Source: an uncultured Acidobacteriota bacterium (GTDB lineage Bacteria; Acidobacteriota; UBA6911). From it: a stretch of 64,000 nt of DNA. Below are positions 31,676-41,070 of this stretch, one piece after another (position 1 is the stretch's first letter; each line of letters opens with the position of its first letter). The translations under genes were made by a program, and so were the position numbers. The notes beneath the pieces were generated by a model. It searched no databases. It saw only the letters and a program-made list of their open reading frames with translations, and was not told the origin of the DNA. The stretch covers positions 448,001 through 512,000 of the forward strand of contig CAWJKZ010000014.1 of the NCBI GenBank assembly GCA_963843575.1, written 5' to 3'.

Positions 31676-32064
31676 AGCACCCACCCTTTCTGGTCGGTCA
31701 TTCGAAGGTTTGGCGTTACACCGCGATAACTCCCGCAACCACACCACGGAATAACGCTTCCACTCGGTTGAAACGGATACGGCAGTTGAACGACTCAGGG
31801 ACGCCACCCGAGACGGCCCTGCAAATCCCTTAACCAACTTCGATGTCATAAATGCTGCGCTTACCGCGCCTTCGGGTCAAGAGCATTGTTTGCCGGAGCC
31901 TGAAGAGTGCCGACAGGGCGACGCGCTGAGTTTCTATCTGCTCACCACGCTGAGGATCCCGCCGGTTCCTGTCCGCCGGCCCACTCCATTCTCCGTTCGC
32001 CGCGGCCGCGAAACGTGCGAGAATTAGCTGTGTTCCGGCACCGCGCCGCGATCATCGAGGGGGT

Positions 32065-32481
32065 ATGCAGATGAAGGCCACATACCTGAGAGCCGTCCCC
32101 TACGCCGGCGATGCCCTGGCGCTGCCCGTGAAGGACGTGGTTTCGGCACTCCCTTTCTACCAGACGGTCATGGGCTTTCGCGTCGTGTCGCACGTCGGCG
32201 GGCCGGTGCGTTCTGCGATCCTCGGGAGGGACGCGGTTCAGATCGGCATTGCCGAGAACGGCGGCGACCCGACCCAGGAAGGTTGTTTTTTCGAGGTGGA
32301 CAGCATAGCGACGGCGCTGGCGGAGCTCAAGGCGAACGGGCTGCAGACCGAGGGTGAATTCAGGATCGACAGACACGGGGGAAAATCCTACAAGGTGTTT
32401 TTCGTCATCGCGCCGGACGGCCTGTGCTACTGCCTGGGGGAACAGCAGACCGGAGCGCCCGGCACCGAGGAAGCGAAATGA
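32065..32481 (+). CDS. VOC/glyoxalase family protein
   Basis: LPVKDV..A..FY...GF; FFEVD; APDG. Confidence 0.85.
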   Translation: MQMKATYLRAVPYAGDALALPVKDVVSALPFYQTVMGFRVVSHVGGPVRSAILGRDAVQIGIAENGGDPTQEGCFFEVDSIATALAELKANGLQTEGEFRIDRHGGKSYKVFFVIAPDGLCYCLGEQQTGAPGTEEAK

Positions 32482-35177
32482 GCCGATACGCGCTGGTTTG
32501 CATCCTGATTCTGGCAGGATTCCGGGGTTGTCCACCGGAACCGGCAAAGACGGTTACCGTCCTCGAGCCACCCGAAGCGGGTTGGGTCCCGCGTGTCGGG
32601 CCAAACGGGGCGATCCTGGTCAACGGGCGCAGAATCACACCCGCAGGTCAATTGGCCATGGTGCAGTCCTACAACTGGGGCATGGCCCTCGACCGCGCTC
32701 AGTCCCGCGCCGTGCTGATCAGCCGCGACGCGCTCACCCTGGTTGACCTCGACAATACCCTCCGGACGCGGCGCATCCCGCCCCACGGCGCGAAGCCCGA
32801 CAAGAAGTACGGCGCGGGGAGCTATATGGGGTGTGCCTTTTCTCCCGACGGCAAGCTCGTCTACTACGGCAGCGCGGACCAGGGGCAGGTCAAGGTCTTC
32901 GACCCCCGCAAGAACGCCGTCGTGGCGAGCCTCGACATCAACGACAGACAATATAAGGACAGCTTCCTGGGCGATTTCGTGATAAGCCCCGACGGCACCC
33001 TGCTGCATGCCGTCGACCAGTTCAACTACCGGATGGTCACCGTCGACCTCAGGAAGGGAAAGCCGGTCCGGTCCATCCGGGTCGGGAGAAACCCGTTCGG
33101 GATCCGGCTGTCGCGCGATGGACGCCATGCGTGGGTGTCCAATGTCGGGATGTACGAGTACCCACTGGTACCGGGGGTGACCCCCGCAAACCGGCGCGTC
33201 GCGGGCCTCTCCTTCCCCGCCTACGGCGTGCCGTCCCGGGAGGCAGAAGAAGGGGTGACCGTGGACGGCCAATTCATACCGGGGCTGGGCAGCCCCAATC
33301 ACCCGGACGCCATGTCGGTCTTCAAGGTCAACCTGGAAACGGGCGCCGTGGAGCGGAAGATCAAGACCGGTTACCTCGTCGGCATTGAACGCGACGACAT
33401 CACCACGGTCGGGGGCGCTAGTCCCAGCGCGCTGGCGGTGGGCCGCATGTTCATCTATGTCGCCAACGCGACCAACGACACCATATCGGTGATCGACCCG
33501 GAGGCCGACGGCGTCATCGCCCAGATTGCGCTTAACGTTCCTCGATTGGAGAAGCTGCGTGGCGTCCTTCCGTTCGGCATCTGCCTGAGCCCCGATGAAA
33601 CGCGGCTCTATGTCGCCTGCTCGGCGCTCAACGCGGTCGCCGTGATCGACCTCGAGCGCCGCGAGACCCTGGGATACATCCCGGCGGGATGGTTTTGTTC
33701 GCTGGTGCAAGTGGCTTCTGACGGCGGGCACCTGTTTGTAGCCAGCGCCAAGGGGCTGGGCTCGGGGCCCAATGGCGGCGCCGGTTTCGTGGCTCCGCCC
33801 CGCGGAACGCACCCCGGCGACATCATGCAGGGCTCGTTCCAGGTCATCCCGGTACCCGATCAGGCCCAGCTCGAGGCATACACAAGGCAGGTCGTCGCCA
33901 ACACGTACGCGGAGCGTGAGGTCGCCGACAATGGCCTCAATCCCGTGCCACCGGCGCCAGGTCTGCGTGAGAGCCCCATCCGCCACGTCGTGTTTATCGT
34001 CAAGGAGAATCGCACGTTTGACCAGGTGTTCGGGCAGCGGGCAGGAGTCGACGGCGATCCCGCCAATGCGGAGTTGGGCCTGAAGCGCTCTTTCGCCAGC
34101 AAAGACGGTTCGCGGACCCTGCGCGACATCGATGTCTCCCCCAACCACCACGCGCTCGCCGACCAATTCGCGATCTCCGACAATTTCTACTGCGACTCGG
34201 ACCAGTCCAACACCGGCCACCGCTGGGTCGTGGGGGTCTACCCGAACGAGTGGGTCGAGGTCAACGCGCGGTCGCGCATCGAGGAGCGCATTTTCAGCTC
34301 GGCCCCCGGCCGGCGTTACGTCGCGGGGTCGAGCGCCGCGATTTTCCCCGAGGACTACAACGAGGCCGGCGCGCTCTGGGAACACCTGCACCGGAACCAC
34401 GTCCCGTTCTACAATTTCGGTTTCGGGACAGAGATGCCCGCCGCGTTCGAAGAGCAGGCGTTCAAATACACGGGAATCCACATGAACGTCAGCATCCCTC
34501 TTCCCAAACCGCTGTTCGATCGCACCTCCCGCAAGTACGCGACGTTCAACATGGCAATTCCCGACCAGTTCCGTGTGGATATGTTCGAGGAAGAGCTGAA
34601 AGAGAGGTGGCTGAGCGGCCGGGAGCCATTCCCGCGGCTCGTCACAATGGTGCTGCCGAACGACCACCTGACCGACGAGCACCCGGCGGACGGCTACCCC
34701 TTCAGGGAATCGTACATGGGCGACAACGATCTGGCACTCGGCCGGGTTGTCCAGACGCTGTCGCGCACGCCCTATTGGAAAAACATGCTGGTGATCGTGA
34801 CCGAAGACGATCCGCAGGGGGGAAAAGACCACGTCGAGGCGCACCGGTCGATACTGATGATGCTAGGCCCCTATGTGAAAAGGGGGTACGTCTCGCACGA
34901 GGGTGCGAGCTTCGCTTCCGTAATCAGGCTGATCTTCACCCTGCTTGACCTGCCGCCGCTGAATCAGTTCGACGCCACCGCCTCGCTGCCCCGGGACTTT
35001 TTCACCGGCGAGCCGGACTTCGCCGGGTTCAAGGTTCGTCCGGTCGACAGGCGCCTCTTCGATCCCGATCGCGCCCTCAAACCGTTCGACCGGGGATTCA
35101 ACTGGAAGGCCGTCGTGCACTCGGACAAGATGGACGATCCCGAAGATATGCGGAAGTACTACGACAAAGGGAGATAG
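32478..35177 (+). CDS. YVTN beta-propeller / phosphoesterase (alkaline-phosphatase-like) fusion
   Basis: Propeller repeats, then IVKENRTFD, DNFY, LPNDH, EDDPQGG.DHV. Confidence 0.87.
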   Translation: MSRYALVCILILAGFRGCPPEPAKTVTVLEPPEAGWVPRVGPNGAILVNGRRITPAGQLAMVQSYNWGMALDRAQSRAVLISRDALTLVDLDNTLRTRRIPPHGAKPDKKYGAGSYMGCAFSPDGKLVYYGSADQGQVKVFDPRKNAVVASLDINDRQYKDSFLGDFVISPDGTLLHAVDQFNYRMVTVDLRKGKPVRSIRVGRNPFGIRLSRDGRHAWVSNVGMYEYPLVPGVTPANRRVAGLSFPAYGVPSREAEEGVTVDGQFIPGLGSPNHPDAMSVFKVNLETGAVERKIKTGYLVGIERDDITTVGGASPSALAVGRMFIYVANATNDTISVIDPEADGVIAQIALNVPRLEKLRGVLPFGICLSPDETRLYVACSALNAVAVIDLERRETLGYIPAGWFCSLVQVASDGGHLFVASAKGLGSGPNGGAGFVAPPRGTHPGDIMQGSFQVIPVPDQAQLEAYTRQVVANTYAEREVADNGLNPVPPAPGLRESPIRHVVFIVKENRTFDQVFGQRAGVDGDPANAELGLKRSFASKDGSRTLRDIDVSPNHHALADQFAISDNFYCDSDQSNTGHRWVVGVYPNEWVEVNARSRIEERIFSSAPGRRYVAGSSAAIFPEDYNEAGALWEHLHRNHVPFYNFGFGTEMPAAFEEQAFKYTGIHMNVSIPLPKPLFDRTSRKYATFNMAIPDQFRVDMFEEELKERWLSGREPFPRLVTMVLPNDHLTDEHPADGYPFRESYMGDNDLALGRVVQTLSRTPYWKNMLVIVTEDDPQGGKDHVEAHRSILMMLGPYVKRGYVSHEGASFASVIRLIFTLLDLPPLNQFDATASLPRDFFTGEPDFAGFKVRPVDRRLFDPDRALKPFDRGFNWKAVVHSDKMDDPEDMRKYYDKGR

Positions 35178-35308
35178 CGAGCCTCCGACGCCAAAGCGCG
35201 AGTCTGTCTGCCCCGAGGTTGCCAGGGTGGCTTCACGAGGGAGTCAATGCCGATTCCGGCGTCTCATGAAAGCCACCGGGGAAAGTCCGCCGCAATCGGA
35301 AGCGGCGG

Positions 35309-35472
35309 CTACCATTTGGGATTTGCGGCGATGAGGTCTGGCGTCCATTGGGACCGAGAAGAGATAGCCCTGGCCGAATTCGCAGCCCAACTCCCGAAGC
35401 ACGAGCAGTTGGTCGGGCGGGCGTTTCGACGCCTTCGGCCACCACCTGCTGCGCCCCAGGTTGACGAGTCCT
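35309..35472 (-). pseudogene. Remnant of an EAL phosphodiesterase C-terminus
   Basis: Manual translation across frames: LVNLGRS / VVAEGVETP / DQLLVLRELGCEFGQGYLFSVPM. Confidence 0.8.
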
Positions 35473-35525
35473 GCGAGCCTTGGAGGAGTTGATCTGAAGG
35501 CCCGGAGGATCGGGGGACCTCGAGG

Positions 35526-36746
35526 TCAGCTTTCGCCCCTGTGGAACACGAGCACCGCGTTAAGGCCGCCGAAGGCAAACGAGTTCGACAGCGCGTATTC
35601 GAGCGGCGCGCTTCGGGAGGCGTTCGGTACCACGTCGAGGTCACATCCGGGATCCGGGGCGATGAAGTTGGCCGTCGGCGGCAGGATGCCGTGTCGCAGC
35701 GCGAGGAGGGTCGCTGCCGCCTCCAGCGCACCCGATGCCCCGAGCGCGTGACCGTGCAGCGATTTCGTGGAGCTGACGGCCAGCCGCTCGGCATGCGGGC
35801 CGAAAACGCTGCGGATGGCGGCGCACTCCGCCGGGTCGTTGATCGCCGTCCCGGTGCCGTGCGCATTAATATAGGAAATGCGGTCCGGTTGTAGCCCGGC
35901 GTCGGCCAGCGCGGCGCACATCGCCCTCGCCGCACCGCGCGGCGAGGGGGCCGTGAGGTGGTGCGCGTCGGAGGACATGCCGAATCCCACGATCTCACCC
36001 AGGAGGCGCGCTCCCCGGCGCGCGGCCTGGTCCATCGACTCGAGCAGCAGGATTGCGCTCCCCTCGCCCAGGATGATGCCGTCCCTGCCCAGCGAAAACG
36101 GGCGGCAGGTCTCCTGTGCGACGACTCGCATGGCCTCCCACGCCTTCAGGTGTCCGAGGCTCATCGGGGCCTCGCTTCCGCCGGCCACCGCCGCATCGAC
36201 CACGCCGTCGCGTACCATCCAGAAAGCCTGGCCGATGGCGTGGCTCGCCGACGCACAGGCCGAGGACATGGTCAGGCCGGGACCGCCCAGACCGAACTCC
36301 ATCGATATGTGGCTGGTCAGCGCGCTGGCCATGACCCGGGTCACGTTCATGGGGTGAAAGCGGGTTTTCCGATCCCGGTAGAGGTCGGCAAAAGCCGCAT
36401 CCTCCGTGGTCTGGCCGCCCACGGCCGAGCCTGTAACCACCGCCGTGCGCTCCCGCAGGCCCGCGTTCCACTCAATGCCCGACTGCGTGACCGCCTCGTG
36501 CGCCGCAACAAGGCCGAGCTGCGAGAAACGGTCCAACAACGCCGCACGTTCCGCGCTGAGGTACCGGGAGGCGTCAAACCCGCAGACTTCCGCCGCGTTT
36601 CGGAACCGGACAAGGCTGCTGTCGACGAGGTGCATCGGACCGATCCCGGGGACGCAGCGGACGATGCGATCCCAGAAGGCAGCCCGGTCCAGGCCGAGGG
36701 CGGAAACGACCCCAAGCCCCGTCACCGCCACCCTGCGTCCCTGCAT
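35526..36746 (-). CDS. Beta-ketoacyl-ACP synthase (FabF/NodE-like)
   Basis: SSACAS, NAHGTGT, KSLHGH, SFAFGG. Confidence 0.93.
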   Translation of the reverse strand: MQGRRVAVTGLGVVSALGLDRAAFWDRIVRCVPGIGPMHLVDSSLVRFRNAAEVCGFDASRYLSAERAALLDRFSQLGLVAAHEAVTQSGIEWNAGLRERTAVVTGSAVGGQTTEDAAFADLYRDRKTRFHPMNVTRVMASALTSHISMEFGLGGPGLTMSSACASASHAIGQAFWMVRDGVVDAAVAGGSEAPMSLGHLKAWEAMRVVAQETCRPFSLGRDGIILGEGSAILLLESMDQAARRGARLLGEIVGFGMSSDAHHLTAPSPRGAARAMCAALADAGLQPDRISYINAHGTGTAINDPAECAAIRSVFGPHAERLAVSSTKSLHGHALGASGALEAAATLLALRHGILPPTANFIAPDPGCDLDVVPNASRSAPLEYALSNSFAFGGLNAVLVFHRGES

Positions 36747-36757
36747 GGCGAACCCCG

Positions 36758-37030
36758 CTAGACGTGCACCCTGCCGGGGCCGCCGCTTTTCTCACGATCG
36801 AGCAACCCTTCTATCCCGTCGACGATCTCCCGCACCGAACGCATCGACCGCGCCTGCTCGTCCGGGATGCTCATGTCGAACGCCTCCTCGAGCTCGAAGA
36901 AGACATTGAGCCCGTCCAACGAATCCATGCCCAGATCCTCCAGGCGGCTCTCGAGCGAAATTGAGCCCGTTGGGATACGTTTGACCTTCGCGATTGCCCC
37001 GACGACCTTGTCGATCACCTCAGTGGACAC
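36758..37030 (-). CDS. Acyl carrier protein
   Basis: LGMDSLD phosphopantetheine site, LEEAFD.SIPDE. Confidence 0.9.
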   Translation of the reverse strand: MSTEVIDKVVGAIAKVKRIPTGSISLESRLEDLGMDSLDGLNVFFELEEAFDMSIPDEQARSMRSVREIVDGIEGLLDREKSGGPGRVHV

Positions 37031-37117
37031 TTTCCCGATTCCTTTCACGCGGCCGGGCAGCCCGACCGCAGATCCGCGCTTGCATGGAGACAAGCGGCCG
37101 GGCACGCTCCACCCCCG

Positions 37118-37867
37118 TTACTGCCGAACCGCCAGACCGGTGTAGCCCATCAGGCAGAGGCGCGTAAAGCCAAAGGCAAAGTCGGAACCGATCCTGCCGG
37201 TTGCGAGCATCCTGCCGAACGCCGGGTGGGCGACTCTCGGCATGAACCCCCGGCACTGGACGACCTGCATGCCACTCGCCCGGCACATCTCCCTCAGCTC
37301 CGCAGGCTTGATGAAGTATCGAAGGCTGTGCATGTTTTTCGGCGTGTTCCTGACAAACCACTCGACGCCCTTGATGACGACCAGCCACGAGAGAAGATTC
37401 CGGTTGAACGTGTGGAAGTAAAAAAGTCCGCCATCCCTGAGCACACGTGAGACCTCGAGTACGACGCGGGCGGGCTGCTCGACATGTTCCAGGAAGTCGA
37501 GCGCGCACACGACATCGAACGACCGGTCGCCGAATCCCAGTCGGCGGGCATCACCCGGTCTGTAGTCGACGCCCCCGGTGGCATCGTGGCGGCGCGCGAC
37601 GCCGAGGCTCTCCTCCGACGAGTCGACTCCGGTCACTTCGAACCCATGCCGGGCAAGCTCGTTGGCAAGAAACCCGGCGCCGCACCCGACGTCCAGGACC
37701 CGCACCTTCCCGGTGGGCATCCGTCTCCTGGTCTCCTCGACGATCCACGGGGTCCGGGCCCGCCCTTCCGCTCGAAGCAGGGCGACGGGATCATCGTCGG
37801 CCGTGTACCACCGTTCCCCATAGCGGTCGTAGAGTGTGTTGTCTACCTGGCGCCGGTTCGAGGCCAT
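37118..37867 (-). CDS. UbiG-like SAM-dependent O-methyltransferase
   Basis: LDVGCGAG, LEHV, HTFNR, FIKP.EL. Confidence 0.88.
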   Translation of the reverse strand: MASNRRQVDNTLYDRYGERWYTADDDPVALLRAEGRARTPWIVEETRRRMPTGKVRVLDVGCGAGFLANELARHGFEVTGVDSSEESLGVARRHDATGGVDYRPGDARRLGFGDRSFDVVCALDFLEHVEQPARVVLEVSRVLRDGGLFYFHTFNRNLLSWLVVIKGVEWFVRNTPKNMHSLRYFIKPAELREMCRASGMQVVQCRGFMPRVAHPAFGRMLATGRIGSDFAFGFTRLCLMGYTGLAVRQ

Positions 37868-38343
37868 ATGAGATTCCAGTACACGAATTGATATGCCGCC
37901 CACAGCAGGGTTGCAGCGCAACTGAAGGACAGGAAGGCGCGCTCGAACCCGTGAAAGCGCACCCACCCTGCCAGGTCCCCGGAAAGTCCGTGTGCCGCCG
38001 GCCAGAGCAGGCCGGCGCTTGCGAGTACGACCGGGTGCAGTGTGAACAGGCAGGCGTGCAGCCATTGCTCACCGGCGCCGCAGTGCCGGTAGTGCACCAC
38101 CTCGTCTTTCGTCACGAACAGGGAGGAGAAGATAGCCAGCCCGGCGAACACCAGGACGTTTCGAGCGCTCGGCGGCATAAAAACGACCCAGACGAAGCAG
38201 GCAGACACCGTAAGGGTGTCCAAGACGTGCCCCACCCGTTCCCACCGGGGCAATCCGCGTTTCCTGTGAAAGACGCATTCGTCGACGGTCGTACAGAGCA
38301 TCTGGAGAATTGCCGGCAGTGCCAGCCAGTGGGAGGTCAGCAT
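37843..38343 (-). CDS. Hypothetical membrane protein of the PKS cluster
   Basis: About four TM segments; DE..FH.KRGLPRWER.GH, TKDE..H, EQWLH; overlaps both neighbours. Confidence 0.75.
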   Translation of the reverse strand: MLTSHWLALPAILQMLCTTVDECVFHRKRGLPRWERVGHVLDTLTVSACFVWVVFMPPSARNVLVFAGLAIFSSLFVTKDEVVHYRHCGAGEQWLHACLFTLHPVVLASAGLLWPAAHGLSGDLAGWVRFHGFERAFLSFSCAATLLWAAYQFVYWNLIWPRTGAR

Positions 38344-39494
38344 TTTCTGAACAGCGCCCCGGCAACGGTCAATCCGGGTCCAAAGGCAAGACTGACCACA
38401 ACGGTACCCGACCGGACGGCCGGATCGTCTGCGACCGCCATCCAGATGTGGGGCAACGTCGCCGACGACATGTCGCCCCGCCGGAAGAGCACCTCCCGGC
38501 TCAACGCCACCTGGTCCTCCCTGAGGCGCAGCAACTCGCGCACCGAGTCGAGGATACGCGGGCCCCCGGGGTGCACCGCGAACAGGGCGTCCCCCACGGC
38601 GTCGTCAGATTTCAACCCCGCGCCGCAGAGAAGATCCGACAGAAAGCGAGGCAGACAGGCAGCGACCCTGCCGGGCACGTCGCGAGAGAGCGTCATCCGG
38701 AAGCCCCACTCCGACAATACCCACGTCATGTCATCCAGGGAGTCCGGCACAATCTCCTCACGCAACGACAGAAGCTCGAAGCAGCGGCCGCCGGTTTGCG
38801 CGGCCTCGGGGGTCAACGTGTAGCGGATGTGGCCGTCGGCGAAGAGGCTCTGTACGACCAATTGCTCCGGCGAATGGTCTCCGGGATCAAAATGAAGCGT
38901 GCAGAGTTCGGTGTGGACGATCTCGGCGCGTCGCGCCGGCGACCCGCGTCCGTCGCTCAGCAGGCCGGCCGCCACCCGCAGGGCGGGCAAGGCCGCGTAG
39001 CAGCCCATATGGTAGACCTGGGTCGCGTGGGTCCGGGTGTTCCACTTCTTCGACTCGATCAGGCGCTGGATCGGGCTGGGGGAAGCGTACCCGGTGCATG
39101 AGACGTGCAGGAGATCCGAAGGTGGGTGGGAGTCTCCCGCGAAAAGGCACTGGACCACCCGGTTGGCCGTCTCGGTAAAGAACCGGTTGCGCACGCCGAG
39201 CCCCCGGCCCCGCGGGTTTTCGTGCAGGTTGAAGATGTGCATGCGCGGCCAATCCGTGTGCATGAAATCGGCGAGTTCCGAACGGCGCCACCCGATGTGC
39301 CCGGGCGGACAGGAATAGCGGCGCGCGAGGCGGCCCATCCGTTCGTGCCACAGAGGCAACTCGTCGTCGCGGCCGCACGCCGTTGCGGCCGCGCGCGCGT
39401 GGGCTGCCGCCAGCCATTCCAGCCCCTCCTCCTGCGGACGGTGAAACGGCGGCAGTTGTGCTGCAAATCCCTGGACGAAGGCCGGTTTCTTCAT
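38337..39494 (-). CDS. Type III polyketide synthase (chalcone-synthase-like)
   Basis: HVSCTGY, HMGCY, ELCTLH, LFADG, HPGG, G[D]MSSA, AFGPG. Confidence 0.9.
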   Translation of the reverse strand: MKKPAFVQGFAAQLPPFHRPQEEGLEWLAAAHARAAATACGRDDELPLWHERMGRLARRYSCPPGHIGWRRSELADFMHTDWPRMHIFNLHENPRGRGLGVRNRFFTETANRVVQCLFAGDSHPPSDLLHVSCTGYASPSPIQRLIESKKWNTRTHATQVYHMGCYAALPALRVAAGLLSDGRGSPARRAEIVHTELCTLHFDPGDHSPEQLVVQSLFADGHIRYTLTPEAAQTGGRCFELLSLREEIVPDSLDDMTWVLSEWGFRMTLSRDVPGRVAACLPRFLSDLLCGAGLKSDDAVGDALFAVHPGGPRILDSVRELLRLREDQVALSREVLFRRGDMSSATLPHIWMAVADDPAVRSGTVVVSLAFGPGLTVAGALFRKC

Positions 39495-39627
39495 AGATCC
39501 TACACAGAGCCGATTTCGCATGGACCCGCGCTGTTGTTTTTCCCCGCCGGGGGATGGGCGGATGCGAGAGAGGCTCCGATCGCAGCAATTCTCCCGTAAC
39601 GATACGGTCACTTCAAGCTGCCTTTTT

Positions 39628-39761
39628 GGGTTCGCGCAAGAATAATTTCACATTTTGCTGACGGCTCCGTTAATAGCGATGAGCTCCTATCGTTGGTAGC
39701 TGCATCATGCTGTTGGCTCGGGAGCCGTCAGCAAAATGTGAAATTATTCTTGCGCGAACCC
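39628..39761. mobile_element. MITE-like element family A
   Basis: Perfect 41-bp inverted repeat GGGTTCGCGCAAGAATAATTTCACATTTTGCTGACGGCTCC; followed by TTA. Confidence 0.85.
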
Positions 39762-39963
39762 TTAGCTTTGTCGATACCGGGCCGCACGGGTGAGGGGTTC
39801 CAGACCGCTCGTTCACAACCGGGCTGAAATTCGAGGAGGTTTATACAATAATGGTCTTCCAGACGGGCCGAGCGCGGCGGCCGGTCCCGCGAGGGTTGGC
39901 GCAAGGCATTCAGACGGGCGGCTTGCCCGCGACGGGCCGCGGAACAGGCACAGAGGCCGGCAG

Positions 39964-40536
39964 ATGGCGCTCATCGGAGCCAACGAGCTCAAACGCAAGA
40001 TGCTTATCGAACTGGACGGGCAACCGTACACCGTGCTCGAGGTTTTCTTCGCCTCCCCGAGTGCGCGCGGGGCCTCCACGATGGTGCGGACCAAACTTCG
40101 GCACCTGATTACCGACGCGGTGCTCGAAAAGACCTTCAAGACCAGCGAGAAGTTCGGAGAGCCCGACGTAACCCTGTCCCCCGCGTCGTTCCTGTACTCC
40201 GACGGCGAACACTTCCACTTCATGGACGAGGCCACCTTCGAGCAGCTGGCCCTCACCGAAGCGCAGCTTGGGCACGACCGCCTTTTCCTGAAAGAGGGGC
40301 TTTCCCTGCAGGTCCGCAGATACAATGCCGCGCCGATTGCCGTGCAGCTCCCTCCCTTCGTCGATCTGACGGTCGCGGCCGCCGAGACGGGAGTCCGCGG
40401 AGACACGAGTTCCGGAGGCACGACCAAACCCGCCACGCTCGAGACGGGCCTGCAGGTCCGCGTCCCGCTTTTCATCCGGGAGGGTGAACTCGTCCGCATC
40501 AGCACACAAACCGGGGAGTTTGTCGGCAGGGCTTGA
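39964..40536 (+). CDS. efpL: Elongation factor P-like protein EfpL (YeiP type)
   Basis: EF-P architecture (FLYSDG, FMD..TFEQ, KPATLETG, VPLFI); tip loop SPSARG instead of KPGKG. Confidence 0.85.
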   Translation: MALIGANELKRKMLIELDGQPYTVLEVFFASPSARGASTMVRTKLRHLITDAVLEKTFKTSEKFGEPDVTLSPASFLYSDGEHFHFMDEATFEQLALTEAQLGHDRLFLKEGLSLQVRRYNAAPIAVQLPPFVDLTVAAAETGVRGDTSSGGTTKPATLETGLQVRVPLFIREGELVRISTQTGEFVGRA

Positions 40537-40560
40537 CGGCGGGACCAGGCGACGGTCTAA

Positions 40561-40689
40561 GGGCTCGCGCAAGCATAACTTCACAATTTGCTGACGGCTC
40601 CCGAGCCAACAGATCCTACAGCCTATCGTTGCTTGCGGCGACCCGCCCGGCGCTCACGCCAAAATGTGAGTTGATTATTGCGCGAACCC
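40561..40689. mobile_element. MITE-like element family A, degenerate copy
   Basis: GGGCTCGCGCAAGCATAACTTCACA ... TGTGAGTTGATTATTGCGCGAACCC with TAA on both sides. Confidence 0.8.
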
Positions 40690-40692
40690 TAA

Positions 40693-41070
40693 GTACTCAT
40701 GCTCAGAAATAAGCTAACGATTCCAGGGACGCGGATCAACGCGGATGCACGCGGATGCACGCGGATTGCTGCCTGGTGGCAGGCCGCGCCCGGCATTCCT
40801 CCCCGAGGGCTGCCTTTGGCACGCATCAAAGCCCGGCTCCCGCAGGAAAACGTGGACCTTGAATCGAAGCAGCATCCTTTCAACCGCGCGCTTTCCTGCG
40901 GGAGCCGGGCTTTGATGCATCGGCGCGAAGCGCCGGCCCTCGGGGAGGAATGCCGGGCGCGGCCGATCCGCGTGAATCCGTAAAATCCGCGAAGATCCGC
41001 GTTCTGCTGTTGTCAATCGGTGACCAGCTCCATCCCAAGTATACGTTAGCGTACTTGCGAAATGGGGTAC
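40693..41070. mobile_element. MITE-like element family B, long copy with nested palindrome
   Basis: GTAC...GTAC ends with TAA on both sides; homologous to 26571-26768. Confidence 0.82.

Noticed and set aside
26571-41070. CRISPR array or DGR template/variable repeats
   Set aside because: Repeats are dispersed inverted elements, not regularly spaced direct repeats; no cas or reverse transcriptase gene; differences are not adenine-specific.
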